Positions 42,486-55,670 of a DNA stretch of 64,000 nt are shown piece by piece. Under the pieces are notes generated by a model, which saw nothing but the letters and a program-made list of their open reading frames with translations, was not told where the DNA came from and searched no databases. Position numbers and translations under genes: made by a program. The stretch is from Nageia nagi (lineage: Eukaryota; Plantae; Pinophyta). The stretch covers positions 160,456,001 to 160,520,000 of the forward strand of contig JBITNC010000001.1 in assembly GCA_050084985.1 (NCBI GenBank). The letters are read 5' to 3'. The number at the start of each line of letters is the position of its first letter. Position 1 is the stretch's first letter.

Positions 42486-44650
42486 ATGGCATCATATTTT
42501 GCACCCTCTTCCTCCCATGGTGAACCTTCTTTTACCTGAAAGCAATTCTCATATAAAAATCTACTAATCAACTATTTTACAAAGCTTTTCTTTATGTTTG
42601 GTTATGATATGATATGGGTGGGTGAATTAGGTCTACCAAGAATAATAAGCATGGGCGTATTTAATTATAAGTTGTTGGACCATATTATTTCTAGTTACAA
42701 TTATAAAAGTGCTAAGATTTATATCAAATTTGATGACCATACCATCTCCTTTTCCATTCATGCATTGGATGTGCAATGGATGATGAGTCTCCCTTATGAA
42801 AGATATGAAGTTGTTATTTATAAGCAATCTTTATCCAAAATAGATAAAAAAATAATTGAAGGAAACATTTAATCTCCCCACATAAAATATGATAAGTAAA
42901 TTTCATAAATAGTTCTTTCATTTTAATTATTCTATATAATTTCAATTTTAACATATTAAATATTTTTTGTAATCAGTAGAAACACTTTTGGAATGGTTTT
43001 CAAAATTACAGATGTATCCCACCCATCTTCAAAAGAAATTATTGAGTTTTTTAAGCATAGGTAATTTTTCAAGGGTGATCATTAGACATTCCATTCTACG
43101 TCCTTCATTATATTATGCATTGAATTCACAATAAAATAGGGTACAATTGATGTTATTTCATTTATGATAGAATTAGAATTGATATTTATAAGAATATTTC
43201 TAAAGCATCCCCTCATAACTATGTTTCTTGCATGAATTATTTAGCTACATTTTGCTATGAAATATATTTGAATTTGAAAGCAATAGAGACTCCAACCATA
43301 TACAATCAAAAGCTTAAGGATATTATGATGAGCAAAGAAGAATTGAAGGTATTATGAGTTTTTTAGTCATTTAGTTTTGTATTATTATAAGAAATTAGAA
43401 TTTTAATACAATGTTTTAACTTATTATCTATTTATAGGAACAAGCAGAGTTTACTACTTCATGACGAAATGCAAATCTTAAAGGTCATCAACTGAAGGAT
43501 TGTAGAGATTTAGAGGCTACCACAACTACTCTTGTAATAAAAAATAAGAGGAGGATGGTGAATATAATTATGGATGAGAAAGATATAAATTCAAGATCAG
43601 TTCACATTGCACATCATTCTTATTATATTATATTTGATGATGATGTTGAAGAAGTGCAATAGCAAGTACCATAGTAAGAGAATCCATAACAACAACAACA
43701 ACCACAACCGTAACAACAACAACTACAATAACAACAACATTAGTAACAACAATCATTTTTTTTAGTAACAAAAATAGCCACAATAGCAACAAAAGTAAGG
43801 TATCTTAATATCATTATATCACATATGATAATTAAGGATAGTGTAATTTTAAATATTTCTAATGGGTATTTTAACTATTTTTTTGCACTACCTTAACATC
43901 CAAATGGGAGGATTACAGAGGTGAAAAATATTATGCTTAATTTATTAACATTACCATGTGCAAACACTAGATAAAGGTGCATAATTAGTTGACATAATAT
44001 CCCCCTTGGACTACCCCCAACTTTTCTTGACATTCCAATTTTGTCTTTAGGTGGGATCTCTGCTGCTTTTGGTAGGAACACTCTTTGTGAGCCACCACTA
44101 GAAGAAGGTTTTCTTGTATAGGGTATAACTCCATTAACCTACAATCTAATTGATATTCTTTAAATCCAAGAAAATCTAGAAGTGGAAATTACTTTTACTA
44201 ATATCAATAGTACTCCTCCTCCTTCAATAACATCTACATCAAGTGATCATATTTTAACCAAGGAAGAACATTTACTTTTTCAATTAACTATTTTGATAAT
44301 AGAAAATTTGGAAGAAATAATAAAAAATAGTGTTGAAGGATATTTTTATAGTAGGGACATGGGAAATTTGAGTTAAATTTTTGTTTAAAGAAATTTTAAC
44401 TAGATTTCCCAACTTTGGCAAGAGGGAATATTTGTTTTCTAAATTTAAAATAAACCTAAAAAGTTGGATGCTTTATTTTAGCAAGCCACTTCAGGTAAAG
44501 CTAAAATCACCATCTCATTAGGAGATAATGACTTAGAATTTATCCTTAACAAGTTGGAAAATCTAAATACCAAAGCCCAAGCATACTTTAATCAATTGAA
44601 TCTTGACAAAGAAAAAGTTAAAACAACAAAGGTAACAAAAGCAATTGCAA
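42486..44650 (+). pseudogene. Decayed spliced transposon accessory gene, PMD/DUF1985-like N-terminus and Q-rich linker
   Basis: ELGLPRIISMGVFNYKLLDHIISSYNYKSAKIYIK..FSIHALDVQWMMSLP; GT..AG intron ~43349-43437; CAA-rich tract 43660-43750. Confidence 0.45.
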
Positions 44651-45039
44651 AGTTATTATATATTTTTTACATTATATATTATTCATATAATACTTTCTAA
44701 ATTTCATGTATTTTTAAGTAAAAAAGTTTTTTTTTTTTTTCTATCTAAATGAATAACGTTTAAATGGTGGTATGTTATGATGCTTGAAAACTTCAATTTT
44801 TTTTAATCTATCAAAATGAACAATATTTATATGGTAGTATATTGTAATGGTGAAAACTTTCAGTATAATGATGGTTTATTTATAGCAATCAATCCTAAAT
44901 AATATGTTTTTCTATTTATATTGATATGTTTACATATTGTACATTGAAATATTTTCAAACATAGTTTATTTATAGTAAAATATTTCTTCATATTATGTAT
45001 TGAATTATGGTTTATCTATATAATATAAAATATGCGTAT

Positions 45040-45360
45040 CTGCATATAGAAGATAAGCATTTGCAAAATGTAGACAATCATCTACATAATTCAAATATCC
45101 ATATTCTTAATGTAGAGGCTTGGTTGAATACCAAAGATGAGCATCTACATTAAGAATACATGTATCTGTATTACACAGATGATCAAATACTTGTTGGAGA
45201 TGCTCATCTTCTATATTCAAACAAGCATTTGCATTTAGAAGATGTGCATCTATATTAAGAAGATGAATTTATGCTTCATGCAAATGCTCATTTTCTTAAT
45301 GAAGATGCATGTATTCTAATTATAGACACTCGTCTACATATAGAAGATGAGCATTTTCAT
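45040..45360. repeat. ~21-bp array with core AGATG(AG/CT)CATCT
   Basis: agacaatcatct, agatgagcatct, agatgctcatct, agatgtgcatct, agacactcgtct. Confidence 0.7.
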
Positions 45361-45789
45361 AGTAATATTGGCATTTAAAATAATTTCAAACATATGTAAC
45401 TAGCATATCATTAGAAACAACATGTAAGATAATATTGACATTTCATAGAAAAATAATAATTTCTAAATTATCATTTTTATTTTTTAGTCCATATATATTA
45501 GCATACAATGAAAAATAACATTTATGGAAATATTCAATAATACTCATACTAATGTCAACTTGAAGTGAAAAAGCATCAAATATAGATATATCAATTAAAT
45601 CATAAATGATAGAAATAAAAAATACATATAATTTAGATCATATTTCATGAATTTATAATAAATTCTTGGTTGGCTTCTTAGTAATATTTTCATGCATATC
45701 ATCATTAGTCTTATTGACATTTCTTCTCTCTACTAACTATTTCTAGTACACCATTTCTTTGTCATATGGAAACTTATCAACATCATAAG

Positions 45790-47900
45790 AAGTTACATAT
45801 AATCATAAATAGTACTCTAAGTTTTTATCAAACCTATTTCAAAGTTATTTTTCATAAAATATAGTAAGCTAAACACTCTCTCATCTTCCACTGATCCCAG
45901 AATCATTGTTTGACATAGTTCATATAAATGAAAGTACTTACCCATTGATATTTGTAAAATATTATTAGGATATAATTTCTTCCATAAACATATAATTAGA
46001 CCTATTTCTAATGGATCTATTATCTTTGGGTATTGGTCAACCATGGTGGTCCAAAAGGATCATGAATTTTTAATCAATAATATTTTATTCAAATTACCTA
46101 TTATCTTAACTCCATTTATCTCAACCTCTTTTGAAAAATGATTAATTAGAACAACAATGTGTTTAGTAAATGATTCGCTAGTTGAACTATAGTCTAAAAT
46201 AGGATCCCAGAATAATAGGTTTACAATACCCATTATCTTAAGTAGATCATCTATGTGAAACCTTTCTCTAATTTCACTTTTCAATGTATTTGATATGCTC
46301 CTTAATTTTTCTCTTGTATTACTAATAGCAAAATCAAATCTATTCATTATTATTGGCACCTTAGGAAGTTCCTTTCTTGGGAAGTACATACATCTTTCAT
46401 AATAATACATAGGTATTTATTTGCCATGAACACAAATACACAAATGTCCTCTAGTATTGAAATTTAAAACATTATTTAGATATTTATAGTTTGTAAAGAA
46501 TTCCTAATCTTCAAATAATGGATCAAAAAAATTAAATCTCATACAACCTGTCAATCCATAAGTAGATCTATTTTCTCATTTGAATAAAATCAATAGTATA
46601 AATATGCCTTTCTTGAGCCATTTTTATCATAAGGTTCATTTTGTATAACATAAGTAAAATACCACATAACATGAGCAAATTCTCTAAATTTCTCATTTGA
46701 AAAAGCAAATCCTTACCTCCATCTACTTCTCTTCTATTTTTTGTACATAAGCCCTATTAGAAATTAATACTCTTTGAACACTCTTTTAGTAGACTTATAC
46801 ATTGAAATACATCTTGTATCTATATCCTTTACATCTTCCTACCATCCATAATTCCTATTGTAAACTCTAGAAACTCTATAAACCTTTTATAACTAATCAT
46901 AAAATAAGAATAAATTTCATGAACTAAATCTTCAACTTGCACAATATCACCATTTGTACTCATAATTTTAAAAGCAAGATTTAATCTATGTGCCATATAG
47001 TGAATGGGTATTATGTATGGGGTTACTATTATTAGAATACTTACACAAAGACTATTTATATTCTATTGCATTATAGAAGCTCCATCTTCTCATACAAATA
47101 TTAAACTTTTTGAAATTTCAAGATCATCCATATTACAACTTCTTTCTAACTCTTAATAACAAGATTGTAAAGATTCTTAGCATTACAATTTTCTACCACT
47201 TTGTAGAGTTTAAGTAAGTGTGGCTATCTCAAATGATCATAAAATGTGTAAACATGCATGCATATCCAAGAAGTGTTAGCATAAAAGTAACCTCATCAAG
47301 CGATAGTGAAATGAATTTTGAGCTTTTCACTTTTTATCTGAGATCATCAATTTATACCAAAGTCAAACATTTTGACATCTCCTAACCACATATATCTAAC
47401 CAATGAGAACTAGGAAGGTTTTGAATATTTTTAGGTTTAAATAAAGTTTTGTAATCAATGAAATCAATCATAGGTTTACCCTTTTTTAAAATTGTAAATA
47501 TAAAAGAAAATGATAATGCCTTAGAAACTAAAATGGTCTTCCATTATTTTGCAAACTTTGCAGTTATGGTTCTACCTATCTCTTCAAGGGGTTATTTGAC
47601 TTTTAAAATTCAAGCCATTCATCATAATGTCTTTCATGTGCACAAGATGAAGCATCCCTATATTTTCTTTCTCTTTCAATATTCCAATTTTTATCTTTGA
47701 CTTGAATATATATTTTTCCATAATATTTTTTAATTGTATCCTTTTTAAATTGCATTTACATTCTTTACCTAATTTCTATAAATAAGATATATATCGACAC
47801 TATGTTATTGGATCATTACTATTTTTTGGTTGCACTAGTTCAATAAATTCATATTTGAAAGATTATTCATCTTGAAATGATCTTCTAGTAGCCCACTTGC
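45790..47900 (-). pseudogene. hAT-superfamily transposase (ZNF862/DUF4371-like), degenerate
   Basis: ISLSLDEVT (~47300), PYIIPIHYMAHRLNLAF (~46990), TRCISMY (~46810), C-terminal dimerisation motif MILGSVEDERVFSLLYFMKN (~45880). Confidence 0.85.
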
Positions 47901-48579
47901 TGTTACTTTTTCTAATTCTCTTAGAAGACTGTGAACTACATGGACTATTATGGATCCTTTCTAGATTCTTTTTTTGGAGTGTTCTCTACCCTAATTTTGA
48001 TTGAGTATGAATATAAATTATCATTCATGTGCTAGTTAATTGGAGGTTTTAGCATTTCATTATCAAAAATATCTTCTATTTCATGTTGTTGATATTCAGG
48101 ATTTGAATTATTTTCTACATTAATAAATATTCTATCAAAATTGAATTTGATTCTCATTATTTAAAATAGTGTAAGAAAAAGATAGATTATTAGGGAACCT
48201 ATAATTTATCAAGTTTTATTTTTAGGTTGTTGAGGTTCAACATTTGTAGCATTTTTGCATTAATAAATAATCTAGTAAATTGAGATTTTATATTCACAAT
48301 TTCAAACATTATATGAAGAAGATTAATTAGTTATGTACCTAAAAGATGTCATTATGTTGATTCTTGAGATTGATTTAATAAGTTAATTCACTTTCTTGTA
48401 CCAAAATTTTGGCATCTCTTCTAATTATCATTCGTTGTGATTTTACATACCAAAAATAATTTTAATATAAAAAATGAGATCTATAAAATTATTTCCAAAA
48501 TTAATTATTAGAATATAGAATAAAAGTCACCTTGTCTTGGCATTTTTGCAATGAATACTAATCAACTTTCTATAAAAAC

Positions 48580-49040
48580 AAGTTGAGCATCTACTAAAAG
48601 AAGTTGGGCATCTATAGGGAAAAGCCAAGCATCTATGAGGAGAACTAAAATGTCTATAGGGAGAAGTTGAGCATTTTTAGAAAGAATTTAAACATTTATA
48701 GAAATAAGTTAAGCATTTATAGGGAGAAATAAAGCATTTGCAAGGAGAATTTGAGCATCTATAGGAAGAAGTTGAGCATCTGTAGGAAGAAATTAAATGT
48801 CTATAGGGAGAAGTTGAGCATCTATAGGGAGAAGTTGAGTATTTAGAATGTAGCTATTGAGCATCTTAAGAGAGCATTCAAGCATCTCAAGGGAGTAGTT
48901 GAGCATTTATAATGGAACATTCGAGCATTTGTAATTGATCAATCAAGCATTTGTAATGAAGTAGTTGAGCATCTTAAGAGAGCATTCAAGCATATTAGGG
49001 AGCATTCAAGCATCTCAGGGAGTAGTTAAGCATCAAGTAT
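48580..49040 (-). repeat. 21-bp tandem array, core AGTTGAGCATCT (reverse complement of the 41875 array core)
   Basis: AAGTTGAGCATCTATAGGGAG-type units, about 13 copies, followed by shorter related units. Confidence 0.85.
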
Positions 49041-51143
49041 CTTTTACATTGACATTTAATTCCTAGGAGGAGTTGGTATAGGGTGGTGATTTGATTGAGC
49101 AAAATAATATTTTTAAGAAAATATAGATGACTAGGTGTGATTTTGGCGAGGTGTATACTTGGCTGAATTATATAAAATATGCATTGAAGATATAAAATTT
49201 TAACTAGTTGACAAAAAAAAATGGACTCAAAAAAATTAAGCTACCAAGGCCTAGGCTGATGTGCTCAAAAATAGCAAATTAAAAAATTAAAATCATGATT
49301 TTACAGTAAGTCATTGCTATGCATTTCCATGTCCTTCCCACTTGATTCCACTTATAGTAATGATAAAAGGGATAAAATGCACAATAAAAACCAACATGAA
49401 TCATATACATGCACTTTGAGAGGCTTCCAATAGTGGAAAGAAAAAATAGTGAGACACGAGATTGATTAGGGTTAATTCCCATTCTATTTGATGGATAATG
49501 GATCTCTGTCCACTTGGCACATTGAATACAACTGATCAAATTCAACACCACCATAGAAAAAACATCAACATACCTCTCTCAAAAAACCTTATACTTTGTA
49601 ATAGTCTTATCATTTTTTCAACTAATGTGAGACTCCAATAATAATCTACGAATGTCAATACTCATAAGTTACAACTTGAGTATATAATCATAGAAATAAG
49701 AAGTATGAAAGGATAGAAGAAGATGGTTCATGACATAAACATACATCTAAACAACTATGCAAGGACTCTCCCATTGTATAGGTTCTATCAAAAGAAAAAC
49801 TATGATACTTTTTCTTTTAATATGGTAGCATCCTCTCTATTTCTACAAGTTTAACTATAAAATAAGTCATAAAGAAAATACATATAAATTATGATAATGA
49901 ATAAAAATTTTAAAAATTAAGAGAGGATACAAGAATAGGAACTTATACTATTAAACTCTATGGTGATAAAAAGAAAGTGAAGAAAAAAGTTATAGTGTCA
50001 ATTCCATATGCTATAATTTCCATCGTGTATAAATAGTGAAAAAGCATGCAAGTAACACAAAAGTCACAACGGAGTCCTAGTGATATGAATTTCTAGGTAA
50101 TTCATCCTTACACATATATGAAGATGCTCTTAGAAACAAGATTGAAGAGTTTTAGATATTCCTTTGATGTATTCTCTCATAAGTTTAATTTAATAAATAC
50201 AACAAATAGAATTATTCTCATCCTATCACAAATTAAGATTAATATTTTTAACAATTGTATATGTATAAAGAGTAGAAATTAGCTTAATAATAAAATATGT
50301 TCTATCAAAAGGAAGTTGTAGATAAAAAATAAATACTTTTAAAATGAAAGTAGTTTGGAACATTATGTTCAAAATTATTGATGTTATGAAATAAGTTTCC
50401 AAAATGATCAAAATCAATGATAGTTAGAACCAATATAGATTAAAACTTTTTTAAAATAACTTTAAAAATTTTATAACTTCAAATTTCATAAGAAAAAAAA
50501 GTAAATATTTTTGTAATTTGAAATTTTTAGAGTATTTATGTAATTTCTAAAAATTAAAAGAAGGTATTTTCATAATTTCATAAATCATAAAACTATTTTA
50601 CGAGATATCCACGCTATATAATAACCTATTATAAATGTCCGTCCTATAAATTAATTGATCTTCAATACAGAAGTATTAAAACCAAAATGTTACTCCATCT
50701 ATATATCCACCATAAACTATTAAATTTTATAAAATTTAATTGAAAATGATATCTTTAAATTTTTTATATATAAAAGTTATATCAAAACTAATTTAGTTTC
50801 CCCTAAAACAAAAAAATATTTTTCATTAATTAAATATCAAATATATATGCCACAGAATCATACCAGCTTTAAGTTCTAAATATCTAAAGAACTAGCCAAA
50901 CTCTCAATAACCCAACCTTCTCTAGTCCTCAACATACATTCATGCTGCTACCCAAGGAGACTCCCCTCATTGAGATTGTATCAGAAGAAGAAGAAGTTTG
51001 ATGCTTCCTCTTATAATATCCTGGCTTCCTGTCTGTTTCTAGAAGTTGAACTATCAAATCTGTGACTATCTGTCGCTACACCTCATATCGTTGCTCTGCC
51101 TTATCTGTTCTCTGCACCCATCGTTCCCATACTCCCCACCAAT

Positions 51144-52541
51144 CTATTGGAGGAGGATTTCTCTCTCTCTCTCTCTCATTGTTGCCTGTAAATGCTTAAT
51201 TTTATTCCGTAGCATGTTCATCTCCTGTGAACACTCAAGAATGCGAGAGTTTAGATCTTCTCTCATTCGCTTCTCCTCATGGTGCCGTAAACTAAGCTCA
51301 ACCATGGCAATAAACACATCAGTATGTCGCCCAACCTGTTTGCGTACATCCTCTCCGCCTTCAACAGCAAGATTACTGGTAGCCTGTATAAAAGATCTCT
51401 ATTCCTCTACACTAGGTATAAAACCATAATTCCAACATATTTTTTATTAGTAATTAAGTAACATGTAGAAATCTTTTTTTAATCTTTTAACTTGCTAAAA
51501 TACGCAATACCTGGATCACCCTCATACCATGCCATGTCCTGGTGTACTGACCTGAATTGCATGGCGTCCAAAAAGTTCACACATACTCCAATATCCAAAA
51601 TGCAGTTGGAGGAAGCAAAAGAACGGCTATACATTGGTGTTACCTCACATTGGCTTTGGTTTTGATTTGGAGATGCTTCCTTGTGAATGGGGGACTCCAC
51701 ATAGATTCGGTTGAGGAGGCAGCAAACGGCTTTCACAACTTTATCTCTGAAATCCACTTCATTTTCGTGTTTGCCATAATGTAATCCATTAATGGAACGA
51801 ACTTCTTTTAGAGCATCTTGCCATTTGCTTCTTGTATATCATTGCTTTCCTCGAACTTTTGCCATTCTGAACTGTCTTTTGTGATGTAAGAGAGTTCCTT
51901 TGGGATAATCATGAAGAATATCGGCAATATTTTAAGGTGGGCGTTTTTACCTGAATTTATGGCGCTAATGAAAGTGGAGAGTTCAAGCATTGCTCGTTTT
52001 CAAAGAATAAATTCCTTAGATAGAACCACGACCCCTATTTTGCATGTTTGAGCAGCTTTAAATATAATTGGAGGAAACTGCTGGGCAAGGGGCAAGCTTT
52101 TGTGATCCTCATCAAAGAAGCATATAATATGTTGTGTCGTCAGGTCTCGATAAAGCTGCCGAACGAAGTTTTTCTGTTTGCCAACTGTGACTCAGAAATA
52201 CATGCTTATTCTCCCCGTCATCTTTACTCCATTGAACGTCACTGCCAACAAGTAAAAGATATTCACTTCAGAATCAATACAGAACTTCAAAAGCAATATT
52301 AATCAGCCGCATAATCTACTAGTTAATAGTCGACTATTAAGAACGAAATTATGGATAAGGAAACAAAATTTATCCTGAAGGATATCCAGATTCATTATCC
52401 CAAGGAGATTACGCGTGACCAACAGTTCAAATTTAATTTGAGTCCATATTACCGATGTTTTGAAGGCCTCGATTCCTCCCTAACTGATTGGATAGTCTTG
52501 GAGCGCTCCCCACCACACAAGTTCAGATTGTTTTCCGCCAT
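51144..52541 (-). pseudogene. TIR-domain protein with C-terminal coiled-coil-like region, no NB-ARC/LRR (TIR-X); 4 coding exons, pseudogenised
   Basis: Exons 52541-52453, 52241-51644, 51551-51511 and 51383-51144 have GT..AG introns. Reconstructed: KHVFLSHS-GKQKNFVRQLYRDL..CFFDEDHKSLPLAQQFPPIIFKAAQTCKIGVVVLSKEFIL*KRAMLELS..LKILPIFF..KWQDALKEVRSING. Lesions: +1 at ~52183, TGA at 52000-52002, frameshift at ~51835, CATGG duplication at 51527-51536. Confidence 0.85.
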
Positions 52542-54199
52542 GTTTGATCTACAAAATGCTTCCGCTACATGCAGTACCCATAATAATAATAATAGTTGTA
52601 ATGACCAGCTCATTTTGACCCTAAATCGTTCTTGTGCTCGCTATCTAGAGTGTTCTTTTATCGCTGTAACCAATTTTTGTGCACGATCTACACGGTATGA
52701 AACATTTAAATCACTATAATCCCAATGGTAGAAATGTAAACATTAAAATAAGGCTACCACTTTTCAACTGCGAGAAGAAGTAAATCTAGTTTGCAAACCA
52801 AGCATTCTTAAAAGCTTTAATGCAAAATAAAGATTTACTGAAGAGGGAAACACACCTGAAAACCCATCCACTGTTGATAGTTTCCTTCTAGACCTCATTC
52901 TTGTCATGGGATAAGACCATAATTATCACGAGGAAAACATCATGACACCGCACTAATTCATTGATATCAGACGGAATCCTGATCATGCAACTCCATTATC
53001 TCGGAATGTATAAAGAGCGTATACGTTGTGTTCATAAGATAATTCTATAACTCTTATAGACTGTATTATTATAAAGAAAATTCTTTAACTTGTAAGAATA
53101 AATCAAAATATAATTTACAACTACAATCCACATATTACATGCATTAGGTTTTTGGTATCGTACTATTGAGACAAAAATATTAATAAACTAAGAAATCCCT
53201 TAACGATCTTCACTACCTCAATTAAGTATAATCTTTAGCATTATTGATATTATAATAATAGCTTAATAAATCTAATATTATCTTAGTGCCATTTTTGCAA
53301 TTTCTAGATATATTATATACATTATCATAAAATATTATTATATTTGAGGCGTATGGTATCAATTATTATTAAAGATAGTCAAATTTAGAGAATAAACATA
53401 AGAAAGAAGTATGATTATCTTGTTTTCACTTCAAACATTATAATAATACAAAAGGAAGGTTCAACTACTTTTATCTTTAAATTTGTTTTTTATAATGTAA
53501 ATATCTTAGTTTTACTTAGAATTTATGTAGTTAACTACTCTTATATTAAGTCATCTAATTAATTATCAATTTTTATATTTAATACTTCTTAGAATTATAT
53601 TATAGGAAATTTATCATTATGTAACAACATATATTATGATAATTTTTTTGATACTTTAACCTAAGAACATACACACCCCTGCAAGTTGGAACTTAGGATC
53701 TAATCATTGTACATTCACCAAGCCAGGCCTCACCACTGTGCCACCCCCATTGGAGCTATTATATAATATTCATGATTTTATATTATATCTTCATTTGAAT
53801 TAATTGTTAACAATTGAGAATTTTTAGTTTCAATATATTATGTTAGTTATAGTTATTTAACATATTAGAATAAAAAAATAGAATCCATCATGGAAGATGG
53901 ATTTCCAATCATATGCATGGTGGTAATTTAAAATAAAATAATGATTTTTAGGATTTTTCATTTGTTATTTTTTGGTTCATCAACTCGATCTTACGTAACA
54001 TATTTTTTTGCTTTTTTTGTTGGTTAGATAGCAAAAATTTTATAACTTCAAAGTATTTTTATATAAATTAACTAAATATACTCCCCATCAATTTTGTACC
54101 ATGTTACCTATATTTTACAAATATTATTATTTTTATGAGTAAATCATGTATTGAACCTATTTACTATAGTGGAAGGAATGCAGATTTGAAAGAGAAGAA

Positions 54200-54420
54200 G
54201 ACTGCCATGTAAAAGAAGAAGATGAGTGTCTTGTTGGAGAAGACAAATATCTTCTTGGAGAATATAAGCATCTTCTTAAAGAAGATAAAAATCTTATTGG
54301 AAGAGATAAGCATCTAGGGAGACAAAAAGAGCATCTTGTTACAAAAGATAAGCATCTTGTTGCATAAGATGAGCATTTATTGTACAAGATTAGTATCTTG
54401 TCATATAGGACGAGTGACCC
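54200..54420. repeat. 21-bp tandem array, core AGAT(G/A)AGCATCT
   Basis: About 10 units at 21-bp spacing; source of the 7-aa periodic ORF 54157-54387. Confidence 0.8.
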
Positions 54421-55670
54421 ATAACTTCAAGACTAGCATCCTTGAGATTGAAGTAAGCATACTTTGGATCAACAATAGTATCCCTTTCTAAAATGATAAG
54501 ATAAGGTGACTATATCATAACAATTATTTTTGACATGAATTTCAAAGATCTCATTGATGATAGTTTCATGGCTCTACTAGGGTTTCATTTTGAAGTTCTT
54601 GATGAGGTTGTTACTCATTCATATAAGATTTTCAAAGGTCATAATGGCTTTTTTTATAGAGATAAAGAAGATTTTTACAATATTGGTGGTCCAAGTAGAG
54701 TAGAGTCTAAGGTTTTATTACTAGAGGGTATATTTGGAAGTACTATAGATGTGGCAAAAGATGACCCCATAGTGTCTATCTATGAGGGGTTCTAGATTGT
54801 TATTGTTGGTTATGTGGGTTGTTTCTTTATTCATTGAGTTTCTACATTTTTTGAAGGCTAATTTTGATGCTCCAATTTGCTTGGTCATTTAGATCTAGGT
54901 GATTCCTACTTCCTCCTCTCTAGAGTTAAACATATTGCCTTCTATTCTATTTTATGTGCTTGCACTATTAGAAGCTGTTCTCGAGTATGGTAGCTTTCAT
55001 AGCTTTCTCATGGCCTATGATATGGTGATGGGTGTAAATATTTTCTTATGTATTATGTCATATATGATTAACCATGAGGCCCTTGTATCTTCTCACTTAG
55101 GGCATGGCTGTATAGCCTTTATGAGGGGTCTATTTATTCTCGATAGTTTTAGCATGTCTTCAACCTTTTCATTTTATTCCAACTAGTCATGATGCAACTT
55201 GAAGGGATTTTTAGCTACCTAAAAGGATTTTTCTATGAGATTTCTTAGTCTTCATGTTCTTTATTTTGTATTTATTCATCAAACATTTGCTAGCGGGTTA
55301 TGGTGGATTATTAGTAGGTTTTTATGGATGCCTATATCCCTATCTAGCTAGGTTTTATGGCATTCTTCCATTAGGGAGGCTTAGGAGTGGCATGTGGGTT
55401 ATTGTGAGGTTGTACCTTCCTATTTACTCTAGGTCATTGATCTTTCTTTGTATGTGATTCTTTTTATTAAAGGTATTATTTCTTCCTTTAGTTTGTGCTC
55501 CTTAGAGCTTGGGTACTCTTATGTTTCTTACTTTGAGCTCTTGAAGGTTATTCCCTATTCATTCATCTTGGCATCATCAATCCTAAAGAATTTTTATGAG
55601 TGAAGCTTTGGCCCAGAGAGGTCCTCATTATGTGGCTTTACTTGGAGGAAGGTTTTTTTGGGTATTCATT

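Noticed and set aside
48580-49040. Conserved-core/variable-spacer arrays resembling CRISPR
   Set aside because: The period is only 21-24 bp, spacers are related to each other, there are no cas genes and the context is eukaryotic transposon DNA.
51046-52719. Plus-strand ORFs 51046-51429, 51557-51784, 52048-52302 and 52351-52719
   Set aside because: Antisense shadows of the minus-strand TIR gene; no recognisable motifs.
49245-53731. Weak inverted match AGGCCTAGGCTGATGTG / CACCAAGCCAGGCCT bracketing the TIR gene, suggesting transposon capture
   Set aside because: Short gapped match, no TSD, and the neighbouring arrays are not in the expected inverted orientation.
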